In this document: piece after piece, positions 9,001 through 17,915 of the stretch
Position numbering within the stretch: the stretch's first letter is position 1
How the letters are laid out: every line of letters starts with the position of its first letter
Origin: a virus
Lineage: Duplodnaviria > Heunggongvirae > Uroviricota > Caudoviricetes
IMG/VR virus record: IMGVR_UViG_2728369393_000012
Direction: 5' to 3' (one strand)
Length of the DNA stretch: 21,819 nucleotides
Position numbers and translations under genes: made by a program
The notes under the pieces: generated by a model
What the model saw: only the letters and a program-made list of their open reading frames with translations
The model's database searches: none
What the model was told of the DNA's origin: nothing

Positions 9001-9186
9001 AGAACTCACAAGGAAAATGATAGAAGGAAATAACATTAGTGATGTACGCATGGCGCCTCCCGCTAAGTTCTGCAATGATCAAACAGAACTCGCTACGTGC
9101 CCTTAAAACTCGATCATTTAGCCCCTCCAAGGAGGATTCACCATGCGGTTGGTTTTTTAATAAACAGTAAACAAAAAAGTCAAGAA

Positions 9187-9297
9187 TTATTCATTCTGTT
9201 CTTTCATCATCGGCCACAGCAATACCACAATGCCGCAGACCAGAGCGCCATCAGTCAGTACCAACATTATCCTGCTGGTGAAATCCATCATCACCAT
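9187..9297 (-). CDS. Possible small hydrophobic peptide (36 aa, one TM segment)
   Basis: Unlisted short ORF MVMMDFTSRIMLVLTDGALVCGIVVLLWPMMKEQNE; no convincing SD. Confidence 0.2.
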   Translation of the reverse strand: MVMMDFTSRIMLVLTDGALVCGIVVLLWPMMKEQNE

Positions 9298-9430
9298 CAC
9301 TAAAAGCAGGATCACAACAGCAAGCAGACACAGTTTATAAAACAATGTTCAGAAAACGCATTCAGCATGCCTAAGGTTCTATTCCTACGAATAGCCAACT
9401 TGCAACTTAAAATATTATTTATGCAGCCAA

Positions 9431-10147
9431 TTAAATTCTGGTCCTTACAATATCAACCTGAAGATTCTTATCTTGTGCTGATTGATAAATCACAAACCTT
9501 TTACTACCTGCATTGAAAGAAGTAGACAAAACCAGACAATTATCATAACGAGCAAGAACATAATACCAACCATCATTATAATTAATCATTTCATATTCTT
9601 TCTTAAACTGCGGTTTGTAATATCCTGTCAGAAATGAAAAAAGCCAGAAATATGCCACAAAAGCAATCATCACAATCTCAAAAAAATGTTTTTTTATAAA
9701 TGGCTTATCATAGAAGCATGATACCGATAAAAATCGCCCATAAGATCTTATCGAAATTGTAACCGCCAGCGCAATCGCTGCTGACAGTAGCAAAAGAGGT
9801 ACCTGAATCTTCTGTCTCAATATAGAAAACTCAATAATTGCCGGCACAAACAATAATTCCACAGCAAAATAAAGGCGAAATACATTTAGCTCTTGCATAG
9901 AATGTTTTCTTTTCACTGCGAAAAAGAATACAACACCAATACCCCAACCGATAAGAAATATAGCAATGACGATAACTGCAAAAAATAAACTTCTGGCAAC
10001 ATCATCAACACCTGCACCTACAATCCACCATGGGAAGCCGTAGTAAAAAGAAGTACCCCATCCATAGAAATAAGCACTCCCCCATCCAAGGCATCCCATG
10101 TAGGCAATAAAAAGTGAAGAACTCCTGAGCAGCGCACCATCCTTCAT
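9431..10147 (-). CDS. Multi-pass inner-membrane protein of unknown function (238 aa from the Met with a GGGGTGG SD; ORF open to 10189), AT-rich cargo between late promoter and lysis genes
   Basis: Long ORF with several hydrophobic helices and W/Y/F-rich loops; low GC; sits where Stx phages carry stx. Confidence 0.6.
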   Translation of the reverse strand: MKDGALLRSSSLFIAYMGCLGWGSAYFYGWGTSFYYGFPWWIVGAGVDDVARSLFFAVIVIAIFLIGWGIGVVFFFAVKRKHSMQELNVFRLYFAVELLFVPAIIEFSILRQKIQVPLLLLSAAIALAVTISIRSYGRFLSVSCFYDKPFIKKHFFEIVMIAFVAYFWLFSFLTGYYKPQFKKEYEMINYNDGWYYVLARYDNCLVLSTSFNAGSKRFVIYQSAQDKNLQVDIVRTRI

Positions 10148-10355
10148 AACCACCCCAATACAAGATGATAACATTGGCTTACAACTCATAACAAAAGCAA
10201 TTCAATGCCGTCAAGAGGTTACAGGCTAAAAAAACTCTATTACATTGCAGTCAGCATGTTTACTACACAAATACAATTCAGAGCATAAAAACTACTCGGC
10301 GGCAGGTTATTGAGACTCATCAATGACATGTAAAAAACGCCCATTATTGGTGTCA

Positions 10356-10384
10356 AGTTTCCCCAAAGTTATTCAAAAAGTCAA
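10356..10384 (-). promoter_or_regulatory. pR'-like late promoter (-35 TTGACT, 17-bp spacer, -10 GAAACT) with presumed qut region
   Basis: Immediately downstream of Q; resembles lambda pR' (TTGACT-TATTGAATAAAATTGGG-TAAATT) as recalled; the -10 is weak. Confidence 0.4.
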
Positions 10385-10426
10385 TATTATGCCGTTAATA
10401 TGTTGCCATCCGTGGCAATCATGGCG

Positions 10427-11050
10427 CTAACGTGTGATCGCATTCAAAATGTTGTCTGCGATTGACTCTTCCTTGTGGCATTGCACAACCAGAGCGTCAT
10501 ACAGCGGCTTAACAGTGCGTGACCAGGTGGGTTGGGTAAGGTTTGGGATTAGCATCGTCACAGCGCGATATGCGGCGCTTGCTGGCATTCTTGAATAACC
10601 GACGCCTTTACATCTTCCGCACTCTTTCTCAGCAACTATCCCCCACTGCTCTGTTTTGGCTATATCAACCGCACGGCCTGTACCGTGGCAATCTCTGCAT
10701 CTTGCGCCCGGCGTAGCGGCACTACGGCAATAATCCGCATAAGCGAATGTTGCGAGCACTTGCAGTACCTTTGCCTTAGTATTTCCTTCAAGCTTTGCCA
10801 CGCCACGGTATTTCCCCGATACCTTGTGTGCAAATTGCATCAGATAGTTGATAGCCTTTTGTTTGTCGTTCTGGCTGAGTTCGTGCTTACCACAGAATAC
10901 AGCCATTCCGAATCCGGCTTGTGATTGCGCCATCCCCATAGCAGCCATCACATCAGTACCGGAAAGAGAGTCAGAAGCCGTGGCCCGTGGTGAGTCGCTC
11001 ATCATCGGGCTTTTTGGCGAATGAAATTTAGCTACGCTTTCGAGTCTCAT
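10427..11050 (-). CDS. Late-gene antiterminator Q (phage 82/21-type, zinc-binding CRDCHGTG...CGRCKG motifs)
   Basis: 207-aa ORF between ninI and pR'; Cys4 motif typical of Q82-family antiterminators; start overlaps the ninI stop. Confidence 0.75.
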   Translation of the reverse strand: MRLESVAKFHSPKSPMMSDSPRATASDSLSGTDVMAAMGMAQSQAGFGMAVFCGKHELSQNDKQKAINYLMQFAHKVSGKYRGVAKLEGNTKAKVLQVLATFAYADYCRSAATPGARCRDCHGTGRAVDIAKTEQWGIVAEKECGRCKGVGYSRMPASAAYRAVTMLIPNLTQPTWSRTVKPLYDALVVQCHKEESIADNILNAITR

Positions 11051-11712
11051 GCGCCTTCTCCCTGTACCTGAATCAATGTGAGGTTTCCGCAGAACACTGC
11101 GCCAGTATCGATATACATCTGGTTGGCAAATTTGAGTGGTTTCACTGCTGGCGTATGACCAAAGATGAACGTGTCCGCGCCTTTGATTTCTTTCACGATC
11201 CCGTCTTGTGAGTTGCTGATTCGTTCGCGGTTCCAGATTACCTGCTGATGATCAACTGGCTTTCCAAACTCGTATTTATCACAAGGATAATCGGCGTGGC
11301 AGATGACATATTTTTTTCCTTTACTCACCAGTTCGATGATTAACGGAAGTTCATCTGCTTTATGGGCAAGAGCTTTAGCCAGAATTTCTTTGTCGTAATC
11401 GAGATTAAAGAACCAGCCACCGCCATTAAGCAGCCAGTGATTGACGTTTCCACGCTCTGATAAGCCATCAATCATCATTTGCTCATGGTTTCCACGTACA
11501 GCTCTGAACCAGGGGAATGTGATTAATTCCAGGCATTCTACGTTCTCTGTACCGCGATCAACCAAATCGCCCACCGAGATAAGCAGGTCTTTTTTGGTGT
11601 CGAATCCTATCGTCTCCAGTTTTTTCATCAGGTTCGTGTAGCATCCGTGCAGATCGCCAGCTACCCAAATATTTCGGTATTTGCTGCCATCAATTCTTTC
11701 GTAGATATTCAT
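11047..11712 (-). CDS. ninI: Ser/Thr protein phosphatase NinI (lambda PPase, ORF221)
   Basis: GDLHG, GDLVDRG and GNHE metallophosphatase motifs; near-identical to lambda Nin221 as recalled. Confidence 0.9.
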   Translation of the reverse strand: MNIYERIDGSKYRNIWVAGDLHGCYTNLMKKLETIGFDTKKDLLISVGDLVDRGTENVECLELITFPWFRAVRGNHEQMMIDGLSERGNVNHWLLNGGGWFFNLDYDKEILAKALAHKADELPLIIELVSKGKKYVICHADYPCDKYEFGKPVDHQQVIWNRERISNSQDGIVKEIKGADTFIFGHTPAVKPLKFANQMYIDTGAVFCGNLTLIQVQGEGA

Positions 11713-11849
11713 GCAACCTCACTTCTGCTATTTCGCAGGTCTTTGAGTTTCTGTTGGTACTCTGCCTTGATCGCCTTGCACTCTTCGACAGTCCAGCGAT
11801 AGCGGTTATGGTTTGATTCGATTTCGTCTACTGCTTCCTGCCCGATTCG
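11709..11849 (-). pseudogene. ninG: ninG (rap) 3' fragment, last about 45 codons only, no start codon
   Basis: Reads ...[46 protein letters not shown], matching the lambda NinG C-terminus; the upstream frame is closed by a stop and unrelated sequence. Confidence 0.75.
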
Positions 11850-11855
11850 GTTAAC

Positions 11856-12047
11856 GATGAAACCATGCAGGAGATTAACACTCTGCTGATTGCCCTGGAT
11901 AAAACATGGGATGACGACTTATTGCCGCTCTGTTCCCAAATATTTCGCCGCGACATTCGCGCATCGTCAGAACTGACACAGGCCGAAGCAGTGAAAGCTC
12001 TTGGATTACTGAAACAGAAAGCCACTGAGCAGAAGGTGGCAGCATGA
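11856..12047 (+). pseudogene. bet: bet (Red-beta) 3' fragment, last about 63 codons, diverging from the ninG fragment at a deletion junction
   Basis: ...[64 protein letters not shown] matches the lambda Bet C-terminus; the stop overlaps the exo ATG. Confidence 0.8.
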
Positions 12048-12724
12048 CACCGGACATTATCCTGCAGCGTACCGGGATCGACGTGAGAGCTGTCGAACAG
12101 GGGGATGATGCATGGCACAAATTACGGCTCGGCGTCATCACCGCTTCAGAAGTTCACAACGTGATAGCAAAGCCCCGCTCAGGAAAGAAGTGGCCTGACA
12201 TGAAAATGTCCTACTTCCACACCCTGCTGGCTGAGGTTTGCACCGGTGTGGCTCCGGAAGTTAATGCTAAGGCGCTGGCCTGGGGAAAACAGTACGAGAA
12301 CGACGCCAGAACCCTGTTTGAATTCACTTCCGGCGTGAATGTTACTAAATCCCCGATCATCTATCGCGACGAAAGTATGCGCACCGCCTGCTCTCCCGAT
12401 GGTTTATGCAGTGACGGCAACGGCCTTGAACTGAAATGCCCGTTTACCTCCCGGGATTTCATGAAGTTCCGGCTCGGTGGTTTCGAGGCCATAAAATCGG
12501 CTTACATGGCCCAGGTGCAGTACAGCATGTGGGTGACGCGAAAAGATGCCTGGTACTTTGCCAACTATGACCCGCGTATGAAGCGTGAAGGCCTGCATTA
12601 TGTCGTGATTGAGCGGAATGAAAAGTACATGGCGAATTTTGACGAGATGGTGCCGGAGTTCATCGAAAAAATGGACGTGGCACTGGCTGAAATTGGTTTT
12701 GTATTTGGGGAGCAATGGCGATGA
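12044..12724 (+). CDS. exo: Lambda exonuclease (Red-alpha), 226 aa, intact
   Basis: Near-identical to lambda Exo as recalled. Confidence 0.9.
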   Translation: MTPDIILQRTGIDVRAVEQGDDAWHKLRLGVITASEVHNVIAKPRSGKKWPDMKMSYFHTLLAEVCTGVAPEVNAKALAWGKQYENDARTLFEFTSGVNVTKSPIIYRDESMRTACSPDGLCSDGNGLELKCPFTSRDFMKFRLGGFEAIKSAYMAQVQYSMWVTRKDAWYFANYDPRMKREGLHYVVIERNEKYMANFDEMVPEFIEKMDVALAEIGFVFGEQWR

Positions 12725-12882
12725 AGCATCCTCACGATAATATCCGGGTAGGCGCGATCACTTTCATCTACTCCGTTACAAAGCGAGGCTGGGTATTTCC
12801 CGGCCTTTCTGTTATCAGAAATCCACTGAAAGCACAGCGGCTGGCTGAGGCGATAAATAATAAACGGGGGCTGTATGACTGA
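12721..12882 (+). CDS. Small phage protein (53 aa), probably lambda orf60a-like
   Basis: Unlisted [27 protein letters not shown]...; ATGA overlap with exo; its stop overlaps the next ATG. Confidence 0.5.
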   Translation: MKHPHDNIRVGAITFIYSVTKRGWVFPGLSVIRNPLKAQRLAEAINNKRGLYD

Positions 12883-13432
12883 TTTCACCGGAAGCAATAC
12901 TCCTGCCGAACATCGCGACAGCTGGCGCACACCACCAGAGATTTTTGCTGCGCTTAATGCAGAGTTCGTTTTTCAACTTGATGCTGCCGCCAGCGAAAAA
13001 AACCGACTATGTCGGCTTTTTATCTCACAGGAGCAGAACACATTAACCACTTCATGGCCTGAAGCAATGGGATATGCCTCTGGTTATGTCTGGTTGAATC
13101 CACCATACAGCAATATTTCCCCTTTTGTGAAAAAGGCAGCCACTGAAAACAAATTCAGTAGTGTGGGATGTGTAATGTTATTGCCTGCTGACACATCTGT
13201 CGGATGGTTTCATGAAGCGATACAAACCGCCAGTGAGGTCAGATTCATCACAGCAGGACGACTGGCATTTATTAACCCACTCACTGAGAAACCCGTCAGT
13301 GGAAATAATAAAGGCTCGATGCTCATTATCTGGCACCCATACCCCCGTACACACTGCCACTTTACGACCGTTGATCGTGGAGAGTTGATGGCGTTCGGCT
13401 CAAGGATTCTTGCCCGTCGGGAGGCTGCATGA
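12875..13432 (+). CDS. Phage orphan DNA N6-adenine methyltransferase (Dam-like, NPPY motif), 185 aa
   Basis: Catalytic LNPPYS motif; translationally coupled within the exo operon; no restriction-enzyme partner nearby. Confidence 0.7.
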   Translation: MTDFTGSNTPAEHRDSWRTPPEIFAALNAEFVFQLDAAASEKNRLCRLFISQEQNTLTTSWPEAMGYASGYVWLNPPYSNISPFVKKAATENKFSSVGCVMLLPADTSVGWFHEAIQTASEVRFITAGRLAFINPLTEKPVSGNNKGSMLIIWHPYPRTHCHFTTVDRGELMAFGSRILARREAA

Positions 13433-13512
13433 CAACCACGGAATGCATTTTTCTGGCAGCGGGCTTCATATTCTGTGTGCTTATGCTTGCCGACATGGGA
13501 CTTGTTCAATGA
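13429..13512 (+). CDS. Small hydrophobic peptide (27 aa, MTTTECIFLAAGFIFCVLMLADMGLVQ)
   Basis: ATGA overlaps at both ends tie it into the operon; single predicted TM helix. Confidence 0.35.
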   Translation: MTTTECIFLAAGFIFCVLMLADMGLVQ

Positions 13513-13724
13513 CACCTCAGCAGGAAAACGCCCTTCGCAGCATTGCCCGTCAGGCTAATTCTGAAATCAAAAAAGCCAGACAGCAGTTTCCGGATAAAAA
13601 CGTCGATGACATTTGCCGTAGCGTACTGAAGAAGCACCGCGAAACGGTAACGCTGATGGGATTCACACCGACTCACTTAAGTCTGGCAATCGGTATGTTA
13701 AACGGCGTCTTTAAGGAACGGTGA
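13509..13724 (+). CDS. Hypothetical small phage protein (71 aa from MTPQQENALR...)
   Basis: The listed ORF 13410..13724 overlaps the methyltransferase; the coupled ATG at 13509 is the likelier start. Confidence 0.5.
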   Translation: MTPQQENALRSIARQANSEIKKARQQFPDKNVDDICRSVLKKHRETVTLMGFTPTHLSLAIGMLNGVFKER

Positions 13725-13746
13725 ACATGAAAAGCAAAATCATCAG

Positions 13747-13768
13747 GGAGCCACAGGCTCCTTTTTTA
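13747..13768 (+). terminator. Hairpin terminator (GGAGCC-ACAG-GGCTCC-TTTTTT)
   Basis: Perfect 6-bp GC-rich stem plus T6 immediately after the preceding ORF. Confidence 0.6.
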
Positions 13769-13822
13769 TTATTCGCATTCACCCTCAAGCGTATTAACCA
13801 ACAATTCAGGGATTAATGAAAG

Positions 13823-14044
13823 ATGGCGGACATCATTGATTCAGCATCAGAAATTGAAGAATTACAGCGCAATACAGCAATAAAAATGCGTCGTCTGAAC
13901 TACCAGACTATATCCGCCACTCATTGTTGTGAGTGTGGCGATCCCATAGATGAACGAAGACGCCTGGTCGTTCAGGGTTGTCGGACTTGTGCAAGTTGCC
14001 AGGAAGATCTGGAGCTTATCAGTAAACAGAGAGGTTCGAAGTGA
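13823..14044 (+). CDS. TraR/DksA-family C4 zinc-finger protein (lambda orf73-like), 73 aa
   Basis: CxxC...CxxC motif and acidic N-terminal helix typical of TraR; position equivalent to lambda orf73. Confidence 0.7.
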   Translation: MADIIDSASEIEELQRNTAIKMRRLNYQTISATHCCECGDPIDERRRLVVQGCRTCASCQEDLELISKQRGSK

Positions 14045-14742
14045 GCGAAATTAACTATCAGGCACTACGTGAGATAGCAAAACAGGCAACACAGGGCGAA
14101 TGGGTCGCGTTTATTTCGACGGGTACAGGTACGTATGCTGTGCATACGCCCGGTGATAAACGATGTGAAGATGTTATCAAATGGACCGGCTTTGATGGAC
14201 TGAAAAACGCAGAGAACAACGCTCGTTATGTTGCCGCATTCAACCCAAAGGTTGCACTGGAGCTACTGGGTGAAATTAAGCGCCTGGAGGACACAAATAT
14301 TGATGCTATGTGCCGAATAGCACCGCTTGAGACTAAGCTCGCGGCTCTGGTGGCAGAGAACGCCGGGCTGAAACACGCAATGGCTGTAACTCTTGATCAT
14401 GTGTCGGTCACGGATGCAGGGCAGGCCGGAGTTGCTGCAATGATTATCAACGATGCCCTACACCACAGCGAAACTCCAGCTACCGATGCTTTTCTGGCTG
14501 AAATTCGTGCGGAAGCACGCAACGAGGGGATTAACTATACCGCCAGCCGTCTTGCTGCTGCGTTCAATCACGGATTTATCAATAAGTCTTTGCGTGAAGT
14601 TTTCGACGTTACGCGCATGATTCTGTCAGCGAAAGAAGAGTTGGCTAATGAACCGTACCCGATTGATGGCCTGTCCGGTGAATATGCGGAGAAATCCCTT
14701 GAAGAATGGGCGGAACAGATTCGCAAAGGAGTTCAGTCATGA
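14041..14742 (+). CDS. Hypothetical phage protein (233 aa), possibly Ead/Ea22-like
   Basis: Position equivalent to the lambda ea22 region; GTG start overlapping the upstream stop; family call from memory only. Confidence 0.5.
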   Translation: MSEINYQALREIAKQATQGEWVAFISTGTGTYAVHTPGDKRCEDVIKWTGFDGLKNAENNARYVAAFNPKVALELLGEIKRLEDTNIDAMCRIAPLETKLAALVAENAGLKHAMAVTLDHVSVTDAGQAGVAAMIINDALHHSETPATDAFLAEIRAEARNEGINYTASRLAAAFNHGFINKSLREVFDVTRMILSAKEELANEPYPIDGLSGEYAEKSLEEWAEQIRKGVQS

Positions 14743-14900
14743 GCATCCGAACTGAACATGGATTTGGTCCTTCAACAGTCGAAGTCGACTGGCTTGATGA
14801 TTGCCCTAAGTGCCAGCACGGCAAAGCCAAGGTAACAGGATGGTCAGTAACCAAAGATTCTTTGTGGGCGGGTGATGAGGTCGTCTGTTCCAAATGCGGT
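14739..14900 (+). pseudogene. Small zinc-ribbon protein gene (CPKC...CSKCG), 3' end disrupted by IS911
   Basis: ATGA-coupled ORF that runs into the IS911 terminus at 14901. Confidence 0.5.
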
Positions 14901-14908
14901 TGTAGTGG

Positions 14909-16076
<1,168 letters not shown>

Positions 16077-16206
16077 TGGAGCACCTGTGTTGTTCTGAGG
16101 TGAGCATATCACCTCTGTTCAGGTGGCCAAATTCAGTGCGCCACTACAGTTACCTGATGAAGAGCACGAAGGCGAAACATTCAATGAATGTCCACTTAGC
16201 TGGGGA

Positions 16207-16413
16207 ATGAGCGTCGAACAGTACGTTTCCGAGTTTCGCAAATGCCTGGCTGAAGTACGGGCACAGGGGGTAGAGATGTACGCAGATAACCTCGACAACG
16301 GAGCAGACGACGCAGAACGAGGTGATTTTGATGATGCCGTTAAGTTTCTACGCAGTGAAGCGTCTGGTGTACGTTTGTTCGCCGACCAGCTTCGCAAAGG
16401 AGGCAACCAGTGA
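16207..16413 (+). CDS. Small acidic hypothetical protein (68 aa from MSVEQYVSEF...); may instead be the C-terminal part of the IS911-interrupted gene
   Basis: The open frame starts at the IS boundary (16150) and has a GGGGA SD before the ATG at 16207; the exact pre-insertion junction is ambiguous. Confidence 0.35.
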   Translation: MSVEQYVSEFRKCLAEVRAQGVEMYADNLDNGADDAERGDFDDAVKFLRSEASGVRLFADQLRKGGNQ

Positions 16414-16493
16414 CTGGACATGCAGCAATCCTCGACATGTGCTGTGGCAGTCGCATGTTCTGGTTAGATAAGAATGACGAACGGGCGAGATAA
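16410..16493 (+). pseudogene. Possible N-terminal remnant (27 codons) of a methyltransferase-like gene, motif ILDMCCGS
   Basis: GTG-initiated short ORF with a SAM-binding motif-I-like sequence, ending where the AT-rich cargo begins. Confidence 0.2.
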
Positions 16494-16543
16494 GCGATCG
16501 GTTAAGTGCTATAGTATTGCGCTTTTGTATTTATGGAGTGAAT

Positions 16544-17242
16544 ATGAAAAATATCCTACTGGCATCATTGTTAGTGGCATCGCCGGGTGCATTTGCAGCC
16601 AGCTTTGACTGCCAAAAGGCTTCGACAGCAATCGAACATAAAATCTGCGATAACGAACGTCTGTCAAAATTAGACGAACAGCTTAGCTCTGCCTATTCTA
16701 GTGCCCTCAAAGGAAACCCAGAGAACGCAGACACCCTAAAAATGGTTCAACGTCAGTGGGTAAATATGCGTGGAAAACTCACTGATAATAAGGCTCTGGA
16801 GCTGGCTTATCTTATCCAAATTAATGGCCTCAAAGGTTTGGGGAGTTCAGTCAGCGTAACAGCGGCCAATGACATACCCACGTCGGCGCAGAAACATTCT
16901 GAAGAGCAGGAAGAAACAAGTAAGGCAGAAGCTAAGTCGGTCAAGAACGGCAATGAGCTAACCTTAGAGTCATTCCGAGCTAAATATGTAGAAGTAGATG
17001 GTGAGTATTACAGCACGACATCCATTCCTAGAGGCAGTTCGTTCTTGTTCACTTGCGCCAGTCGTATTGCTGATGACCAAGTGAATATTTGGAAGAAACA
17101 GGCAGCCAAAGAGGGCAAAATCGACCTATTCTTTGAGGTTGAGAATCACTTACACACGGCCATGTTGAACGCCAATTTTCAGAAGTTGAATTCAGCCCCT
17201 GCCAAAAGAGGTATTTGTAATCTGATTAACGCAGTGCCGTAA
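16544..17242 (+). CDS. Secreted DUF1311 (LprI-like) domain protein, 232 aa with cleavable signal peptide (MKNILLASLLVASPGAFA)
   Basis: GGAG SD 5 nt before the ATG; DUF1311-like pattern FDCQKASTAIEHKICDNERLSKLDEQL...VQRQW; AT-rich; terminator follows. Confidence 0.65.
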   Translation: MKNILLASLLVASPGAFAASFDCQKASTAIEHKICDNERLSKLDEQLSSAYSSALKGNPENADTLKMVQRQWVNMRGKLTDNKALELAYLIQINGLKGLGSSVSVTAANDIPTSAQKHSEEQEETSKAEAKSVKNGNELTLESFRAKYVEVDGEYYSTTSIPRGSSFLFTCASRIADDQVNIWKKQAAKEGKIDLFFEVENHLHTAMLNANFQKLNSAPAKRGICNLINAVP

Positions 17243-17251
17243 GTAAATTTA

Positions 17252-17282
17252 GGGCCACAGTTGTGGCCTTAAATATTTTTTT
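17252..17282 (+). terminator. Hairpin terminator (GGGCCACAG-TTGTGGCC then T-run)
   Basis: 8-bp stem followed by TTAAATATTTTTTT. Confidence 0.5.
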
Positions 17283-17440
17283 CAGCCTTTTCTTATTTGT
17301 AATAAGCAGTACTTGGTAGTGCTTATAAAACAGAATAAAAAACATATGACTTTGGCGATTACCCAGTAAAGATATTTGAAATAAATGTAAATATCGACAA
17401 TGAATAACTATCCTCGCACTCGCGGGATTTCTTTTATCTG

Positions 17441-17465
17441 AACTCGCTACGGCGAGTTTTGTTTT
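17441..17465 (+). promoter_or_regulatory. Hairpin plus T-run (AACTCGC-TACG-GCGAGTT-TTGTTTT) directly upstream of the next RBS; possible attenuator
   Basis: Inverted repeat ending 3 nt before the GGAG SD of the following gene. Confidence 0.3.
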
Positions 17466-17477
17466 ATGGAGATGATT

Positions 17478-17777
17478 ATGGCCTGTTCAACATTCAACCC
17501 TCTAACGTTACAGAAATACCAGCCAGACCCTGAAGATTTATGCTCACTGTGTGGCGGAAATCATGGCAAAGCCGCCATGATCGAATGTAAAGACAAAATC
17601 CACATTTGCCTTAATTGCGTTGATGTCCTCGTTGATATCAAAAATGAGAGAGAAGATAAAAAGCGTAGCGAGGCTGTTCGCGCCTTAGATTCATGGATGC
17701 GAGATGGGTATAGTGCCGCGCAAATTTATGACTTAGCAATATCAAAAGGCGAAATACCAGGAGTGCGCATCGAATAA
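17478..17777 (+). CDS. Small zinc-ribbon protein (99 aa; CxxC-x17-CxxC), function unknown
   Basis: GGAG SD 6 nt upstream of the third in-frame ATG (ORF open from 17466); bracketed by hairpins. Confidence 0.55.
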   Translation: MACSTFNPLTLQKYQPDPEDLCSLCGGNHGKAAMIECKDKIHICLNCVDVLVDIKNEREDKKRSEAVRALDSWMRDGYSAAQIYDLAISKGEIPGVRIE

Positions 17778-17818
17778 GACGTAACCAATATTCGAATTGA
17801 AGAACTGAAAGAACACCA

Positions 17819-17841
17819 AGCCGCCTGATGGCGGTTTTTTC
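17819..17841 (+). terminator. Hairpin terminator (GCCGCC-TGAT-GGCGG-TTTTTT) upstream of the xis RBS
   Basis: GC stem plus T-run. Confidence 0.6.
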
Positions 17842-17915
17842 TTGCGTGTAATTGCGGAGACTTTGCGATGTATGAGGTGTACTGGCAATAGCGGACACTA
17901 CCATTTGTTCTTTTT

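Noticed and set aside
8448-9130. ORFs 8448..8672 (-), 8662..8880 (+), 8708..9106 (+) and 8936..9130 (-)
   Set aside because: Overlap the pinholin gene or the terminator-rich intergenic region in alternate frames, with no RBS and odd composition; likely non-coding.
8610-9430. Possible tRNA genes between Q and S, as seen in many lambdoid prophages
   Set aside because: No TTCGAATCC-type T-loop signature or cloverleaf-compatible segments found by eye on either strand; not reported.
10190-10230. Possible cargo-specific promoter (TTGACG, 17 bp, TTATGA) just upstream of the membrane-protein gene
   Set aside because: Weak -10 hexamer and it overlaps the extended ORF; the pR'-like promoter further upstream is the better-supported driver, so it is not listed as a feature.
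13727-13816. 29-codon ORF MKSKIIREPQAPFLLFAFTLKRINQQFRD
   Set aside because: Spans the hairpin and T-run at 13747..13768; more likely a terminator than a gene.
16123-16413. 96-aa ORF starting inside the IS911 terminus
   Set aside because: Its first nine codons are IS sequence; the real coding part begins at or after the IS boundary (16150) or at the ATG at 16207.
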